From Paramecium tetraurelia (Eukaryota), in contig CT868062.1 of the NCBI GenBank assembly GCA_000165425.1, forward strand, positions 124,001-178,157: DNA of 54,157 nt, given 5' to 3'. Within the stretch, counting starts at the first letter, position 1. Each line of letters begins with the position of its first letter. A model generated the notes under the pieces. That model made no database searches, was not told the origin of the DNA, and saw only the letters and a list, made by a program, of their open reading frames with translations. The translations under genes and the position numbers were made by a program. Below are positions 1-13,650 of the stretch, piece by piece.

Positions 1-306
1 CAGCAATTGAGGATTAGGGAAGAGTGTAAACGGATAGGATTGATCGAGAGGAAACAGAAATAAAATACTTATTAAATTGATACAAGATATTAGGTGTTAG
101 AGAAACAAAAAAAGGTATCAGTTTGGGAACAGGTGAATCGAGTTAGTCATTTATTTTCAAGTCCAATAGAGTATGACAAGTATAGAACTCAGATGAAGTT
201 ACTGTTGAATAAACAAAGGGAAACTTTGGAGATGAAAAATCGAAATCGCATAGATATATTATATAAATTGTTACCCTAGTAAATGGCAGAAAAAGTTTTA
301 TAATGA
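1..306 (+). CDS. 3' end of a hypothetical protein (truncated by window start)
   Basis: Frame 1 is open from base 1 with TAA/TAG read as Gln (QQLRIREECKRIGLIERKQK...LLPQQMAEKVLQ) to TGA at 304-306. Confidence 0.7.
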
Positions 307-312
307 TAAATT

Positions 313-594
313 TCATATTATCTAACAAAATTGTTTACAGCAGGGATCGGACTCCTCTTTCTCTTCAATATGATTATAGTGTTTCCAATTTTCCACTATG
401 TGTATATCACACACTTATTGAGAAGGGATGATTTCGTCTCTGAAGCAGATGTGAAACTTTAGTTATTTATTGATTGGATTTCCAAATTTATCAACTCTAA
501 CATCCTGATCTACTTCTGGATCTTCATCATCGTCAAAGTTCGATCTACAAAGCTCTTGAATATTTTGTAGTTTGTATTTAGGTCCTTGCAACAT
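313..594 (-). CDS. Small (93 aa) putatively prenylated protein with C-terminal CaaX
   Basis: ATG 594 to TGA 313, 94 codons, no intron: MLQGPKYKLQ...RVDKFGNPINKQLKFHICFRDE...IVENWKHYN...DPCCKQFCQII*. Confidence 0.75.
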
Positions 595-899
595 TTTATT
601 AAATTATTATGACTTTATTTGAACATATTAATTTCCTCAATGAATGGCTAAGACATTTAATAGTTAAACAACAAGAAATACAGTATTTTGAGTTAATCTA
701 AAAGATCATATAAATTGATTTGTTGATAATAAAAATATTAGTAAAATTTTGATTTAAACCTAAATATTAATTATTACATTCTTAATGTGCATTGAATGAA
801 GAAATCTAATATTCAAAATTCTGAAGATTAGTGGATAATAGGTATATTTAGTTTAATGTTGATTAAATATATTTAGTTTAATGTATATTAAATATATAT

Positions 900-1631
900 A
901 AGATCACCCATCATTTAATATTTATGCTGATTATTGTAGTAAACCTTGCAAAGAGAAGGGGGACGTAGCTACATAAGGGGATTGGTTGACTACTATTCTA
1001 TTAAGTTATTTTTAGGGACTGGAGTAAGAGAATGTAGTTTAAACATCTTTGAGTAATTATAATTCTTTGGTTTGAGTATTGAGTTAACTTTTAAGGGTCT
1101 CACATTGTAATCTGAGACATTTTTGTTGGTCATGTTGATTAGTGGAACCACAAACACACTCTGTTGTTGGGTTGCAGATAGAGACATGAGTTATGAAATC
1201 TTTTTTGTATGTCTGTTAACTGCATTCTTGCTTAGGACAGGTGATAGTATTATATCCACATTTCTGTTCATGAATTCTCAAATCTGGATAGCAGAGTTCT
1301 TCAGAACAACCGTTGATTCTGTTTTGACATGAGAATTTGACACTGGTGTATAATTTATGAAACATTTTTGGTAGTTAAGATGTTAGAACTGTAACAACTT
1401 CACAATTAGGACAGAAGCCTCTGTAATTGATATCCTAAACATATTTAGTGTTCTTATTGATCAGAATGGTTTGAACAGTTATTTCGATCGGTTCAGGAAT
1501 CTGATCATCTGCATAAGGGATGCATTTAAAGCAAAAGTTCTCATGACATTTAAGACATATCAATTATTGTAGAGACAGTGATTTGCAACATTGACAGACG
1601 AGGTGAGGCAGGAAAGTCGAAACTTTGGCAT
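900..1631 (-). CDS. RING/Zn-finger-like hypothetical protein (3' end uncertain)
   Basis: ATG 1631: MPKFSTFLPHLVCQCCKSLSLQQLICLKCHENFCFKC...FCPNC, in frame with listed ORF 993..1187. Stop codon not resolved; 900 is approximate. Confidence 0.55.
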
Positions 1632-1706
1632 AATTTGCAATTCTATTTTCAGGCAAAGGGAAATTCATTAAAGTATAATAATATTAATTATTAACAAACA
1701 TATTGA

Positions 1707-2753
1707 TCAAACCCTTTTAGCTTCTTGGAAGTGTTTGGCAAAGGTCTAAGCGACAACCAAAGGAAACACTAGAGTAGCCTCAGAGAACACTTTTACATAT
1801 TCAGCATCCACTCTTAATTTACCCCAAGTGATTCCTTCTGATGGCTTGGCACCAGCATCACTTCCATCATATTCGATGCCAGTATTAATGAATACAGCCA
1901 AATCTGCACCATTTCTCCAGATATTCGCATTCATTATATGGTGTTTAACCACTCCTCCTCCCAATATTACCAATCCTGATTTCTTAGAATACATGGCTTT
2001 CTTGTTTAATTTTACCACATCTTACAGGATATCACAAATCAATCCATCTTGCTTATAATTGAAGTGGAACATCATGTCTCCGATTGCTCCATCTGTTAAA
2101 GCAGGACAATACACTGGGATATCATTCTTAGCACACCAATAATAGATTGATCTCTCATCATTGATTCTTTCCCCAAACCTTTTGATCATAGATGAAGGTG
2201 ACCAAATAAACGATTTCTCTTTTTATTCTTTGTACATTTCTTAAAATACTGGGAGAAGCCAATCTTCCAGTTTTCCATAGTTGGCTGCAGGAACATATAT
2301 ATTACCAATCCTACAAATAGCTTTTAATCTTATTTCTTTATCATTGGCTTACCAATCTCCTTTGTGAAAAGTAGATAGACATTTCATGAGATCCTCCTCT
2401 ATTGCTCCAGCTGTAGTGACTATGGCATCAATCATTTTATGTTAAGCCAAATACCTGATTATTTCTCTATTGCCTGAAGATACCATATTACTAGTGTAAC
2501 CTAAAAATATTGTGCATCTAGTATTGGGATCTTGATTCTCTTCGTTTGGACCCAATCTCCAATGAATCATTTTATTGATTATGTCGATTGCTTTATTTAA
2601 TTGAGTCGCTTATAACCCGAAGTTGGCATAAGAATTCAAGAGAGCATCAAAATCGACTCCTTGATTAAAATCATATCCTTTTATTTCAGGAGTAGTTAAT
2701 GGTTCTGGTTATAGTTTATAGAGAGTCTGATATTGCTCTTCTGCTTGTTTCAT
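1707..2753 (-). CDS. DHPS: Deoxyhypusine synthase
   Basis: Intronless 348 aa. Motifs [67 protein letters not shown]. Confidence 0.97.
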
Positions 2754-2776
2754 TTTAAATAATTAATGGTGAATAA

Positions 2777-3734
2777 ATGAAATTAGATGTTATAATACAT
2801 TTTATTAAGAATTATGGTTCTGATCAGATTATTGTCGTTTTTTTGTTAAACTTTGCAAATGCCTTATGAATTCGTATCATACGAGCAGTCATAAACCTTA
2901 TTATTGTGATCTGTACTTAGTACGCAATTTAACAATGAGCAACACCACTAACAACAATGCAAGGATTACTAAACACCACAAATAGAATAAGTCGAAATAT
3001 TTGCTACATTACACCTATGTTCCACAGGACTGGTAGTTTTCTTGGATTAAACAACAATTATCGCAATTCAATTTGATGCAATGATTCTACTTAAATCATG
3101 ATGTACATCTGAGTATATGGAACACTCACTTTGATATTTGGAGCATCGATTCAGGTTGTTGCAACAAAGACTCTTACACAAAGAGGCTTCTTCAGGAGAC
3201 GAGCATTACATAATAAATTAATTAAAATCATAGAGGTCTCAAAAAACAATAGATAAAAAAGCTAAATTAAGTCTAGATTCCTGAAAGTTCAATTATTTCA
3301 CGGCCTAGTCCTTGAATGATCTTATCAGTCATCTCTTATTACAACTATTAACCTATACTCTTGCTGATCAAGTGATCTAGAACCAACTATAAATTAGCAA
3401 CAACAACTCCATTTAATAATCTCAATGAAATGTTGATTTCAGATAAAAATTCTTAATAACTGAAGGAGATAGCTTAAAAGTACTGATTTCAATATAGAAA
3501 AAATACAGAAGAACAAATTCTTTAAGTAGCAAAATCACGAGAATTAATATTGGAATTTAAATCAATTATATTGAAGAAACTAGTACTTTGTTAGCCCAAT
3601 TGATTCCTAGAATGTTAGATGATACCTAGATTTTGACCCTTCATTAGACCTTTAATATTACATGGAATTAAATTATTCTGTTTTCGGTTAGGATAATTAA
3701 AATAATGAAATTATATAATAAGAGAGTACGTTGA
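2777..3734 (+). pseudogene. Possible degraded gene (fragmented reading frames)
   Basis: Coding-like composition, but every + frame I tried is broken by TGA and I found no short intron that rescues it. No family recognised; limits approximate. Confidence 0.3.
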
Positions 3735-3806
3735 TTCATTTGGGCAATTATTAGGATTGCTTAAATATGAAGTTATTTACTAATGAATTTATTCGTTTTT
3801 ATAATT

Positions 3807-4835
3807 ATGAAATATTTCATTTTGACATTATTTGTTTTGAATGCATTTAGCTTCTCTTTGAACGATGATTGGGACGGTATGGAAGAAGCAGTCAAAGTTC
3901 AATAAGACGCGGTCTTGGTATAGAGAATAATTAAATAGGATCTAGTAGACTAGTTAGACTTATATTCAGAAACTCCGATCACAACTTAGATAGAGAATCA
4001 AGTTTAGTAATTGATAAATCCTCCCCTTGAGGCTGATCAGGCAGAATAAGAGAACGAACAAAGCGAGGAAGTACACTCTCTCGAATACTGGTTGGAGAGA
4101 TTGGGAGATGAATATTAAGACGAAACTATATTGTTATAGCAACCATAATCAATTACGGAATAAATCACAACAGTTGTTGGCAATTTGGTTCTAAAAGTAG
4201 GCGACGCTAATCAATTAAAGCTAATTGCTGAATAAGCTGAAATTGCAGATCCCTTGATTATAGATGGAATTGAATTGGAATATTAGGATAAGAATGATAA
4301 GGAAAATGTTTAGATGCAGTAACTCTTAAACTCAGCTTTGGAAATGCAGAAATCATTGAGTTAAGAAGATGAATAACAATAAAATGATCTAAATTCTAAT
4401 TCCAAGAAGAAGCATAAGAAGAAAAGACCAATCATTGATATTGATTTGAATGATTTAACTATGCCAGAAGACAGTGATTAAAATGAAATAGAAAATACAG
4501 TAGTGTAAGAAAATGACACTTCTGAAAACACTATTGAAGTCTAAATTGATTCCAATAATGAAGAAGCATCAACTGAGGCTGTTTCTAAGTTCACTCCAAA
4601 TGAGGAAACAATTAGTGAAGTTCAGGATAATAGTAGGATGTATAATTTCTTGAATGATGCTCATGAAGATGCTGGAAATGAAGATAATTAAGTTAAATAA
4701 TAGCCTTAACAATCTTATAATTTTAAAGAATATTCATTTAATAAATTTGAAGGAGATTAGCGATCGTTTTATAATGAAAAAGATGATTCTACATTGAAAG
4801 TAGTAGAAAGAGAATAACCAAAAGAAATTATAAAC

Positions 4836-4875
<40 letters not shown>

Positions 4876-5646
4876 GATTATAATACTAAGAAGAAAACAA
4901 ATCATATAAATTTATCAATACAGAATAATCAGATTAAAATAAGGATTAATAATCTACATTAAATAATTATGATTAACCACAAGAAACATCAATTCTTAAA
5001 AAATATTTATTATACACAGATCAACCAGAAGTGATATCCACAGGAACTACTGAAAAAGAGATTGAAGATGATAAAAAATTAGTTGCTGCCTTTAAATCTA
5101 TGGATAGAGATGAGCATTGGGAAAAAACTAACAAGAAGTAAAAAATAAATACAGATGTTAGAAATGAACTATTGAGATGTAATCATTATAATAATATATT
5201 AGTTACCAATGTTGATGAGGAACCACAAAAGAAAGAACCTGAATTCAAAGAGGTTACAGAAAGCAAAGTGGAAAACCCCCATAAATTCATTTCATTTAAA
5301 GCTGATCCTGAGTATGAGTATGAGTAGGCTGAAAATGCAAAGAAGAAAGAATTGGCTAAATCTAAATATGATGAATTGCCAGAAACCAAACTCTAAACCA
5401 AAGAAGACATGAAGAGAGAGAAATAATAAAAAATACGTATCAATTTAAATTCAATACTTAGAGGAAATGCAGAAAATTATTGAAGAATAATTGAAGAACA
5501 AGACTTTAAAAAAGAAGTCTGAAACTGACAAATCTTTACAATATGAAAGTGAATATTTGCAATGGGAAAGAGCTACATAGGCTAAATCTTACCCTGCTGA
5601 AATCAATTTTGTCATGACGTAAAATAATTTAAGAAAAAGATAATGA
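3807..5646 (+). CDS. Secreted acidic low-complexity protein
   Basis: Signal-peptide-like start MKYFILTLFVLNAFSFS, E/D/Q/N-rich body, poly-Asn tract, short intron near 5438-5462, ends NFVMTQNNLRKRQ* (TGA 5644-5646). Confidence 0.75.
4836..4874 (+). repeat. (AAT)13 microsatellite encoding poly-Asn
   Basis: Direct read; in frame as AAT codons in the 3807..5646 gene. Confidence 0.9.
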
Positions 5647-5670
5647 TTAAAACTATAGCATAAAAATACA

Positions 5671-6353
5671 TCAGCAACAACTTCCCCCTTAATTTTATGA
5701 CTCTTTCTTCTTTCCTTACTTCAGAGTATTTCTTGTATTGGTTTATTTAACAATTTACTTCAATTCTATGATTTCTTAATATATTTACCATTAGCTAAGT
5801 GATCGAAAATTTCTGGTATTCCCTTACCAGATTTGGCTGAAACCAAAAAGTGTTTTGCATTATATTGATTACACAATTCATCAATTTCTATTAATTGTTA
5901 TTTGACACATAGTACATGATTATTCTACATCTTTCTAAATGTGCATGTCACATTTATTGCCCACAATAACCAATAGCATATTATCATTTTCAGCCATTTA
6001 CTTGAGTTCTTATATCCATTAGCGTCCCTTCTGCAATGTTTCTTTCACTGTGATATCATAGACTATGATTGCAGCATCAGAATTTCTGTAATAGAGTGGA
6101 GCCAGACTGTGATACTTCTCTTGGCCAGCGGTATCCTTTATGTAAATGACTTATACGATACCCATACGGCCAAATCAATTGGTCCTTTTTTAGTCTATAT
6201 TGTTTTCTCCTTGCAATAGCCATCCGAAGTTTCCTGAGTCTATTCAGAGAAGGAATTATCGAAAAACCGTGTTATGATTGATGTCTTACCCACTCTGCCT
6301 TCTCCTAGTGTGACTACTTTGTATACTCGATCTTCAAATTTTTGTTTTTTCAT
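5671..6353 (-). CDS. RAB21: Rab GTPase, Rab21-like
   Basis: [45 protein letters not shown]-terminal GGSCC*; three short GT-AG introns. Subfamily inferred from the GEGxVGKTS P-loop. Confidence 0.88.
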
Positions 6354-6395
6354 AACTTTATTATTTGATATAATAAAATGTGTATTAAAATAAAT

Positions 6396-7017
6396 TCAAA
6401 ATTCGAAATCTTTTATTTACTCTGTTGTGAATCTAAATTTTTATTATGTCTTTTGACAAATAAAATCATATTCAGTAATTTTTTATTTGAATTTGCATTT
6501 TTCACATACTATCATATTATCATCATTATACACCAACCTCGAATTGCAAGAGTGAATCCAATTATGATCCTAATGACATACTTGACATTTGAATTGGAAG
6601 ATTGGATGATTCAATTAACTATACTATTTTTATTGTTCATTTTCTTCCTCAACAGGAGCCAACTTTTCACTATTCTTATGAGAAGAACGCTTCCTAAATC
6701 TTAATTTCATTTACTATAATTTCCTCAACTTATTTCGATTATTTCAAATACAAAAATTTATCATCACTACTATCATAAGAATTCTTAAAATATGGAGTAT
6801 TCGGCTATTCCAGACTGTGTTTCAATTGATTTGATTCCCCCAGATTTCTATTTTGCGGAGAATTCTTTTCACTACTCAAATACATTTCTAAAATCTCTTT
6901 CATCTCCCCACTTAACTCCTCATATTCCTCCTATTCCAACTATCTGTTTGTCGGCGATAAGAAACCATAAGTATTGTGTGGATTTTTTGAATTTTTATTG
7001 CTACAGCAAACGCCCAT
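6396..7017 (-). CDS. Putatively N-acylated protein with C-terminal Cys/His (Zn-binding-like) domain
   Basis: Starts MGVCCS; C-terminus CQVCHQDHNWIHSCNSRLVYNDDNMIVCEKCKFKQKITEYDFIC. Needs one 3n+1 intron near 6720-6750 (exact sites not resolved). Confidence 0.7.
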
Positions 7018-7037
7018 AAATAATTAATATATATATT

Positions 7038-9752
7038 TCAAATCAATAAGTTCAATTCTGTGCCATCTTTTACTCCTAATTCTTTTAGAGTCTTGTTAAC
7101 ATCTAAAACTTTACCATTCCATGCTAAATTTATGGTGTTGCCTTTGATACTATGTTATCTAACAAAGTCCCAGATAATATCACCTACTTTTTAATTAGGC
7201 TTTAATTATCTTTAATGTATTTGATTGTTTATTTTATTGATTTTTATGATAACCTTTATAGTTAGTGGAGAAACAATTAGAAATTCAAATGACACAGGAA
7301 TAGGATCGGAAGGTTTCAAAATAGTATTCCCTTACCTAATAACAATATCACTCTATTATTGAAATTATTATATGATGTACTATCTTAGATCTTCCACAGT
7401 TTTATTCTTCTCGAATTCTATTTCATGTCTCTTGTCTTTAATGGAGATATTTAAAAGACATTTATTTTCTTAATTGTTTGGCTATTCTGGATTATTGATC
7501 TTAGTTTTCTGATTCAATGTCAACTTTCCATTTTATGCAATCTCCTTTAACTTTTATTCATCTTTGGCTGCACTCTGATTACTTAATAATAGTTCTATTT
7601 CGTCAGCACTTCTAAGATTTAATGCTTGTCTTACATCTTTGATTGTCTATTCCTCAAGCAATTAAACTTCTTATTACTAATTCTTTTCAATTACAATTAC
7701 TTAAATCCACTAAACCTACTTTTTCTAAACTTCGTACTCAATTGTGTTTAAATCATAAAACTCTATTTCTTAAAAAGTCTTCTCTTAATTGATTTGTTTG
7801 TTCTAAAAATAGAAATTACAGTTGCAGTTTTCCAATTTTAAATTCTAAATCAGAATTGAAATCTTGGATTTGAAATTTATTTCAAAGTAGGACTCATCTT
7901 TTGTTATTCTATCATATGTTCTTACATTAATATAATCCTTAAGTAAAATTTGGAATTCACAAAAATTCAATGTATTTAATTGATCTTCTTCATTAAAAGA
8001 AGCATTGGGTTGATTTCTTATTTAGAATTCATTTGGTTGATTTTCAGGATAGGAATAATGAGATAAGAATATTTGTTTCAAATCCGATATTTTTTTTGTA
8101 TGGTTCATTTTAAACTCAACTAATCTGTCTTGGTTTATGATATAAATCTTATATGTTTTAGTTTGGGTATCATTTTCGCCATTTTAACTAGGCACAATTT
8201 TATAACACTTCTGACATGCTGCCCATAATTTTTTACACAATAATTGCCCTTATACAGTTTCATTTCCGTAATATAGTTCAAAATCTTATGATTCATCAAT
8301 TTCAAAATATTCTCTCAGTTTGTCGAACAAATCTATGACACATTTGTCTCTTTTTTGATAGATGTCATACAGATCATCCTTGTATTACACTTACAATAGA
8401 ATTTATGTTGGTTGATAAAATATCAAATCATTTTATATTTATAGAGCAGCAAAGGTTTATTCGATATCATCAATAGTTTAATTTTTACAACTTACCCAAA
8501 CATCATTGGTTTCTCTTCCGATCAAATCGTAAATGTATTTGGATAGTAATTCATTAGATAGTGCTTAAATTTCAACTGGGTTTTATTACTCAAGATGTTA
8601 GAACTTAAGTAAAAGCTATACGCCCTCTATTGGTTTATACTCAATAACAGTGTCATTTTGTGTGATTTGCAATTGACGGAAAGTCTCTTTTTTGTCTAAT
8701 TATTTGCCTTAATAAAAGTACTCCATCTATTTATTACAGAAAACTTATTTATCTAATACTGACAATTATTCATCTAAGGAGATGTTACTTTTCTTCCTGA
8801 GTCCTGGGTTTTCTTTATGCTGTAAGCAAATTTAAATCTTCTCCAACTTATTAGTGACAATCAACTGGATGACATCATTATTCGCAATTTAGCATTGATT
8901 GATAGTGTTGTTATTAGACAATTCAATGTCTTCGAAGATCAATTTCACATTGACTTAAGAATAGTTATGAGGGAAGAAGGAGGTTTTGGTTTTATTCATA
9001 AGTGTTTCTATTTTTTCATCTTTGAGTATTGTCATTTATCGAGTGACTTGGCCATAGACAATGGTAATAGTAACTTATTTATTATTTTGAATTTCTACAA
9101 TGCGTAATTTTAATTCTGTGTTGGGGCTCACTTGATAAAAATAGAAGGCATCATCTTTATTCATTTAATCTATTTGAATCTATTCACTATCTACATTTAT
9201 CATTTGGCTAATCATTGTGCATAAAGTCGACACTGAATTGGTAACATCAATTTCGAGTTCATATTATTTTGAATCATAAATGAATTAATGTTTTGAGAAT
9301 ATCTAATATGTTATATTTTCCCAAGGTGATACTTCGATTAAGTTCCTCCCCTAGTTAAGGATTTGGTCGTTCATGGAGAAGCGAACTTCATAATCTTATC
9401 TAAAGTTTAATTTCTTCAATAGAATAGCACCTAATTCATCCATGGTATTGATAATATCGCATTTAAGATTTTGGCTGTCCAATTTCTCATTGTGAACAGT
9501 GACTACAATTTTCTCGATGAATTCTGCTTCAATTTCTGAACAAGGCAAGGTGATTCTCTATTGATCCAGAGTTTTAGTGTTGTCCATTCTTTCTCCTTTA
9601 AAAAAAAAAATTGGATTGGGTGCATTTGTGGGAAATTTCAAATCGGCAATTAATTTATTCATTAACTCAATTGCTGTTTATTCTGGCTTGTATTCTACCT
9701 AGAATTTTAATTTCGTATTTCTTAGTTTAATATCGATTTATCTTACATTCAT
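7038..9752 (-). CDS. Tandem ubiquitin-like (beta-grasp) domain protein 1, about 904 aa
   Basis: 905 codons; frame consistent wherever spot-checked. Repeated UBL cores: IFFFKGERMDNTKTLDQQRI, YFYQGKQLDKKETFRQLQITQNDTVI, FYFQNKQINQEKTFQEIEF, LAWNGKVLDVNKTLKELGVKDGTELNLLI*. Confidence 0.82.
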
Positions 9753-9810
9753 TTAATTTATATATATATATATATATCTAGTATTTTTATTTATTTATTA
9801 ACTGTCAAAA

Positions 9811-10774
9811 ATGCTAGTTTCACAATATCGATAGTTGCCAGCCCCTTCCAAGGAACTCCCTTCCAATTTGAGTTAGGCTCATTTCGATTAGAAGATGAGA
9901 TTCCAATAGTAACATATACAAGCGAGGGTGATTGAGGAAAGACCCAATTTCCAAGAGATGTAAGGAGGATAACCTCCTATGAAGCCTTGGTTAGGAGAAG
10001 ATGTTTATATGGTAGCATTTCTGTTATCAGTGGAAAATGATAGATTGAGAGAGGAGAATGGAAGGATTGGAGAATATATAAATTAGAATGAATTAAGATT
10101 CAAGGGAGTGGATTTAATTGAAGGAGAATTGATACAATTGAGAAATAAAATAGGAGATTATGAGAAAAAGATTGCTTAGCTACAATATGAGAGTGAATAA
10201 TGGAGAGTGAAGTGTGTTAATAGAGAGAAAGAAAGTGAAGATCAACGCTATTAGAAGGAATTACAGAGAAGGATATCTATAGATAGGGAAATAAGGGAGT
10301 TGACAGCCAGATTTATATCAGATAGGAATCAATTGGAAAAGGAGAATAGATAATTGAGAACTGAATTGGATAGTCTGAAACTATCTAAAAGCAGTGTAGA
10401 TGACATAATGAGATAAGCAGATATGGTTTAGAAAGAAAATCACAGATTGAAATAAGAATTAGACAATCTTAGAAAGGGTTTCGATGAATTAGAGTATGTC
10501 CTTAAAACAGCTGCAGATTTGGAGACTGAGAACACTCATCTAAAACAATAGATAGAGAATTTCTAAGTCTAATTCTAGAACCAACAGTAACAGCAAATGC
10601 AACCAATTCAAAGAGTTGTCGTCAATTCAACAAATTTATGTAAGACTAAGATTTAATGACTTAGAAAATTCGCATAACTTAGAATCAGAAATTAAGAGAT
10701 TAAGAGATGAGAATGATAGACTCAAGGTAATTGTAAATTTAGGTCAAGCTACTAGACCTTAACCATTTATGTGA
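9811..10774 (+). CDS. Coiled-coil hypothetical protein (about 312 aa)
   Basis: ATG 9811, heptad-rich (LLSVENDRLREEN...), 25-nt intron near 10640-10664, TGA 10772-10774; spliced length is a multiple of 3. Confidence 0.75.
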
Positions 10775-10808
10775 TACATTATATATTAACTACTTATTAA
10801 CATTTATA

Positions 10809-13650
10809 TCAAATAATAATCTCAAATTTCGCATTTTAAGTAATTTAGAGGTCTGAGAAACACTGATCTAAATTTAATGTTGCACCGTCATAGAACATTT
10901 CTCCATCATTAAACTTATATTTTAATTTAAATTCCTATAAGAATGTCTTAAATTTTTGATTCATCTTCACATATTCTGTGTACTCCTTTTCATCCTAATC
11001 TATCAAAATGATTTTGATAATATTATGATCCAATTTGTATATTAGTTCAATCTCTTTGTTATTATTCTGTAGAGATTTCAAAATGAAATCATTGGGTAAT
11101 GCTTATGTCTAATCTCTTAATTGATAAAGATAATAATTCTCCCTATTCAATTTCTGTTGTTCCTTGAAAAGCTAAACAGTCATTTTCTAATCAATAGTTA
11201 AAGTTCTAATCTTATCATCGACATGCAATATCAATGTACTATCTAACTCCTCAATGAATAATTCTTAAGAATCTGGCACTTCTAATTCTGCCAAGGTGCT
11301 GTCTTAATTGATTTCCCTCTCTAAATAATATACTCTAATCTTGTTTTGATGATTCTGGCTAAGAATCTAACTGATTTTTGTGTCCATTCTGCAAATCTTT
11401 TAATACTACAATTCCTTTGTTTTATAGCTCATAAATTTAATCGTCACTAATAAAATATAGTGCAAGTGGTCGTTATTGTAAATATTTTCATCTCGGAATG
11501 AGTTTTAAATGTTTATCTCGCGATTTCCCTCCTAAATTACACATTTCCCTTTGATATGGTTCTTAATTGCATAACCAATTATGTCTTCTGGGTAGAAGTC
11601 AATTTCCACCACGTTATGAGTGTTATTTAAGTCAAACAATTAAACTTTACTAGTAGATTCTATAGTAATAACTGTGTTTGGGTCTAAATTTAGATCGATT
11701 AACTTAATAGTTTGATCCATTAGGTTATTGGCAATATAACATCTTGATTTTCTTTTTGCTATGTCTCCCAGCATTCCTCCCAATGTCTTAAACTTATTAA
11801 ATTTACCCTCATACACAGTTTATAAGTCTTAGATTTTATATTTCACATTTATATTCTTCTTTGAAATCCTGAGCACCTTACCAATGTATTCTGACAATTC
11901 ATCATCATCATTTATGTCATCATCTTTATTTTCATTTTTGTTGTCGACCTAAATACAAACCTCGTCTTAGAATAAATCTGTGTATAAAGACTTCATTTGT
12001 GACACTCTGTCTGTCTCATAGAATCTGGATTCTGATTGTTCTATATTGTTATCCAACAATAATTCGATCTTAAAGTGAAACACCTTACTTACTGTAAACA
12101 TTACATTATTTTTAAAATTCTTGATATATTCATTCTCATGTAAATCTTACCCATTTAGTAGTATTTTGCATTCATCTGTAATCTTAAATTGGTTTATCAC
12201 TTTCTCTTTTAGATCCTTCACTGTGTCCAAAAAATGTATACACATTTCTTTTATTTATCTCTGATTCCTAGTCCAAATCATCAATTATACTATCATGTCT
12301 GACAAACAATATTGAATGATATCCCCATCCTAGATTCCTTCTGACTTATATGTGCCATTCAAATCTATCAATTAACCATTCTTATACGCTTTTATTCTCA
12401 AATTATCATAATTAACATTCGTCATTATTTCCTCATTGATGATGTCCTCCGATTTCACCTATTTTGTAAATGAGTTGCCTTCATCATCTTGGAAGGTGAC
12501 ATTAAAGGTAATTGAAAATTCTACACCATTTCATACTAAATCAAATACTCATTTTCTTTAAATTTGATACTATTAAAAATTAGTCTCTCAGTAATTTCGA
12601 CTATATTACCATTAACATAGAATTAGAATACCTTTCCTTTAAAAGGTTGTAATTCAAAAATAGTTGAAAAATAATCTAAATTGGATACCTGTTTTGAAAA
12701 ATGAACTTACTCTTATACTTTACTTACAAATTTTATGATCATAGTCTTTTCTAGTATTTTATTTGTTATCTTAAATTCAGCATTATCTGCTAAATCTAAG
12801 CTTCCAATTTTTGTGTTGTTTTCTAACATTTTGTTAAGATAATAAACTTATAAAATTTGATTTTAATGTATTTGTTCAACTTACTTGTAGTATTTAATGA
12901 ACTCCTCTATAGTCATATTAACCGAAACATTAAATCTATATGTTTTGCTCTAATATGAAATTTAAATCTTTTGCAGGCTCTTTATTTTCATTTTCAATTC
13001 AGCATTCTAATAGATTTTGTAGAAAAAATATGTCTTTCGATCTTCCAATTATTGACCTCTGAAATATAATTCTATTTCCTCTTCAATACCAAGCTTTTGT
13101 CTAATCTTCTACTTTATTTTATCCAAATATGAAAAAGCATCAATCTAAAACAATTATAGTTTGTCTTAATATCTAATATAAAAAATCGCTTAAACTAGAT
13201 AAAATAGTTCTTATTAATAAAAGAATATTTGGCAGAGGAATAAATTTCTGTCTAAAACTTGATTTTTCTTAAGAATTTTAATTGGGTACTCTTCAATTTT
13301 TATTGTATTCGCAATTTTTTTTTCAATTTCTATTAATTACTAACATGCATCCACTTTATCCAATATAAGCTTATATTTCTCTCATCCTTATCTATGTGTT
13401 ATATTGTGAAGCTTTCTATTTCTTCTGAAAAATTGATATATATCACATTATTTTTGAGAGAATTAAGGTCATAATGTATATCTCTGACATTATTTTCATC
13501 AGCAATATACAATTTAGCTTTCGCAGGAAATCCTTTTTGTTAATTTAAGAATTGAACAACGTCGCTGATTTTTGCTGAGGAAGATTTGGGTTCATATTCC
13601 AATTTGAATGTGTTGTTATTCACAATGATCTCGTATTTTTTCATTGACAT
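10809..13650 (-). pseudogene. Tandem ubiquitin-like domain protein 2 with two frameshifts (about 946 codons if corrected)
   Basis: Fully translated. UBL cores LYFRGQQLEDRKTYFFYKI, AYKNGQLIDLNGTYKSEGIQDGDII, DTVKDLKEKV..ILLNGQDL, MFYDGATLNLDQCFSDLQI. Frame changes near 13380 and 12525 with no fitting intron; may be assembly error. Confidence 0.72.
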
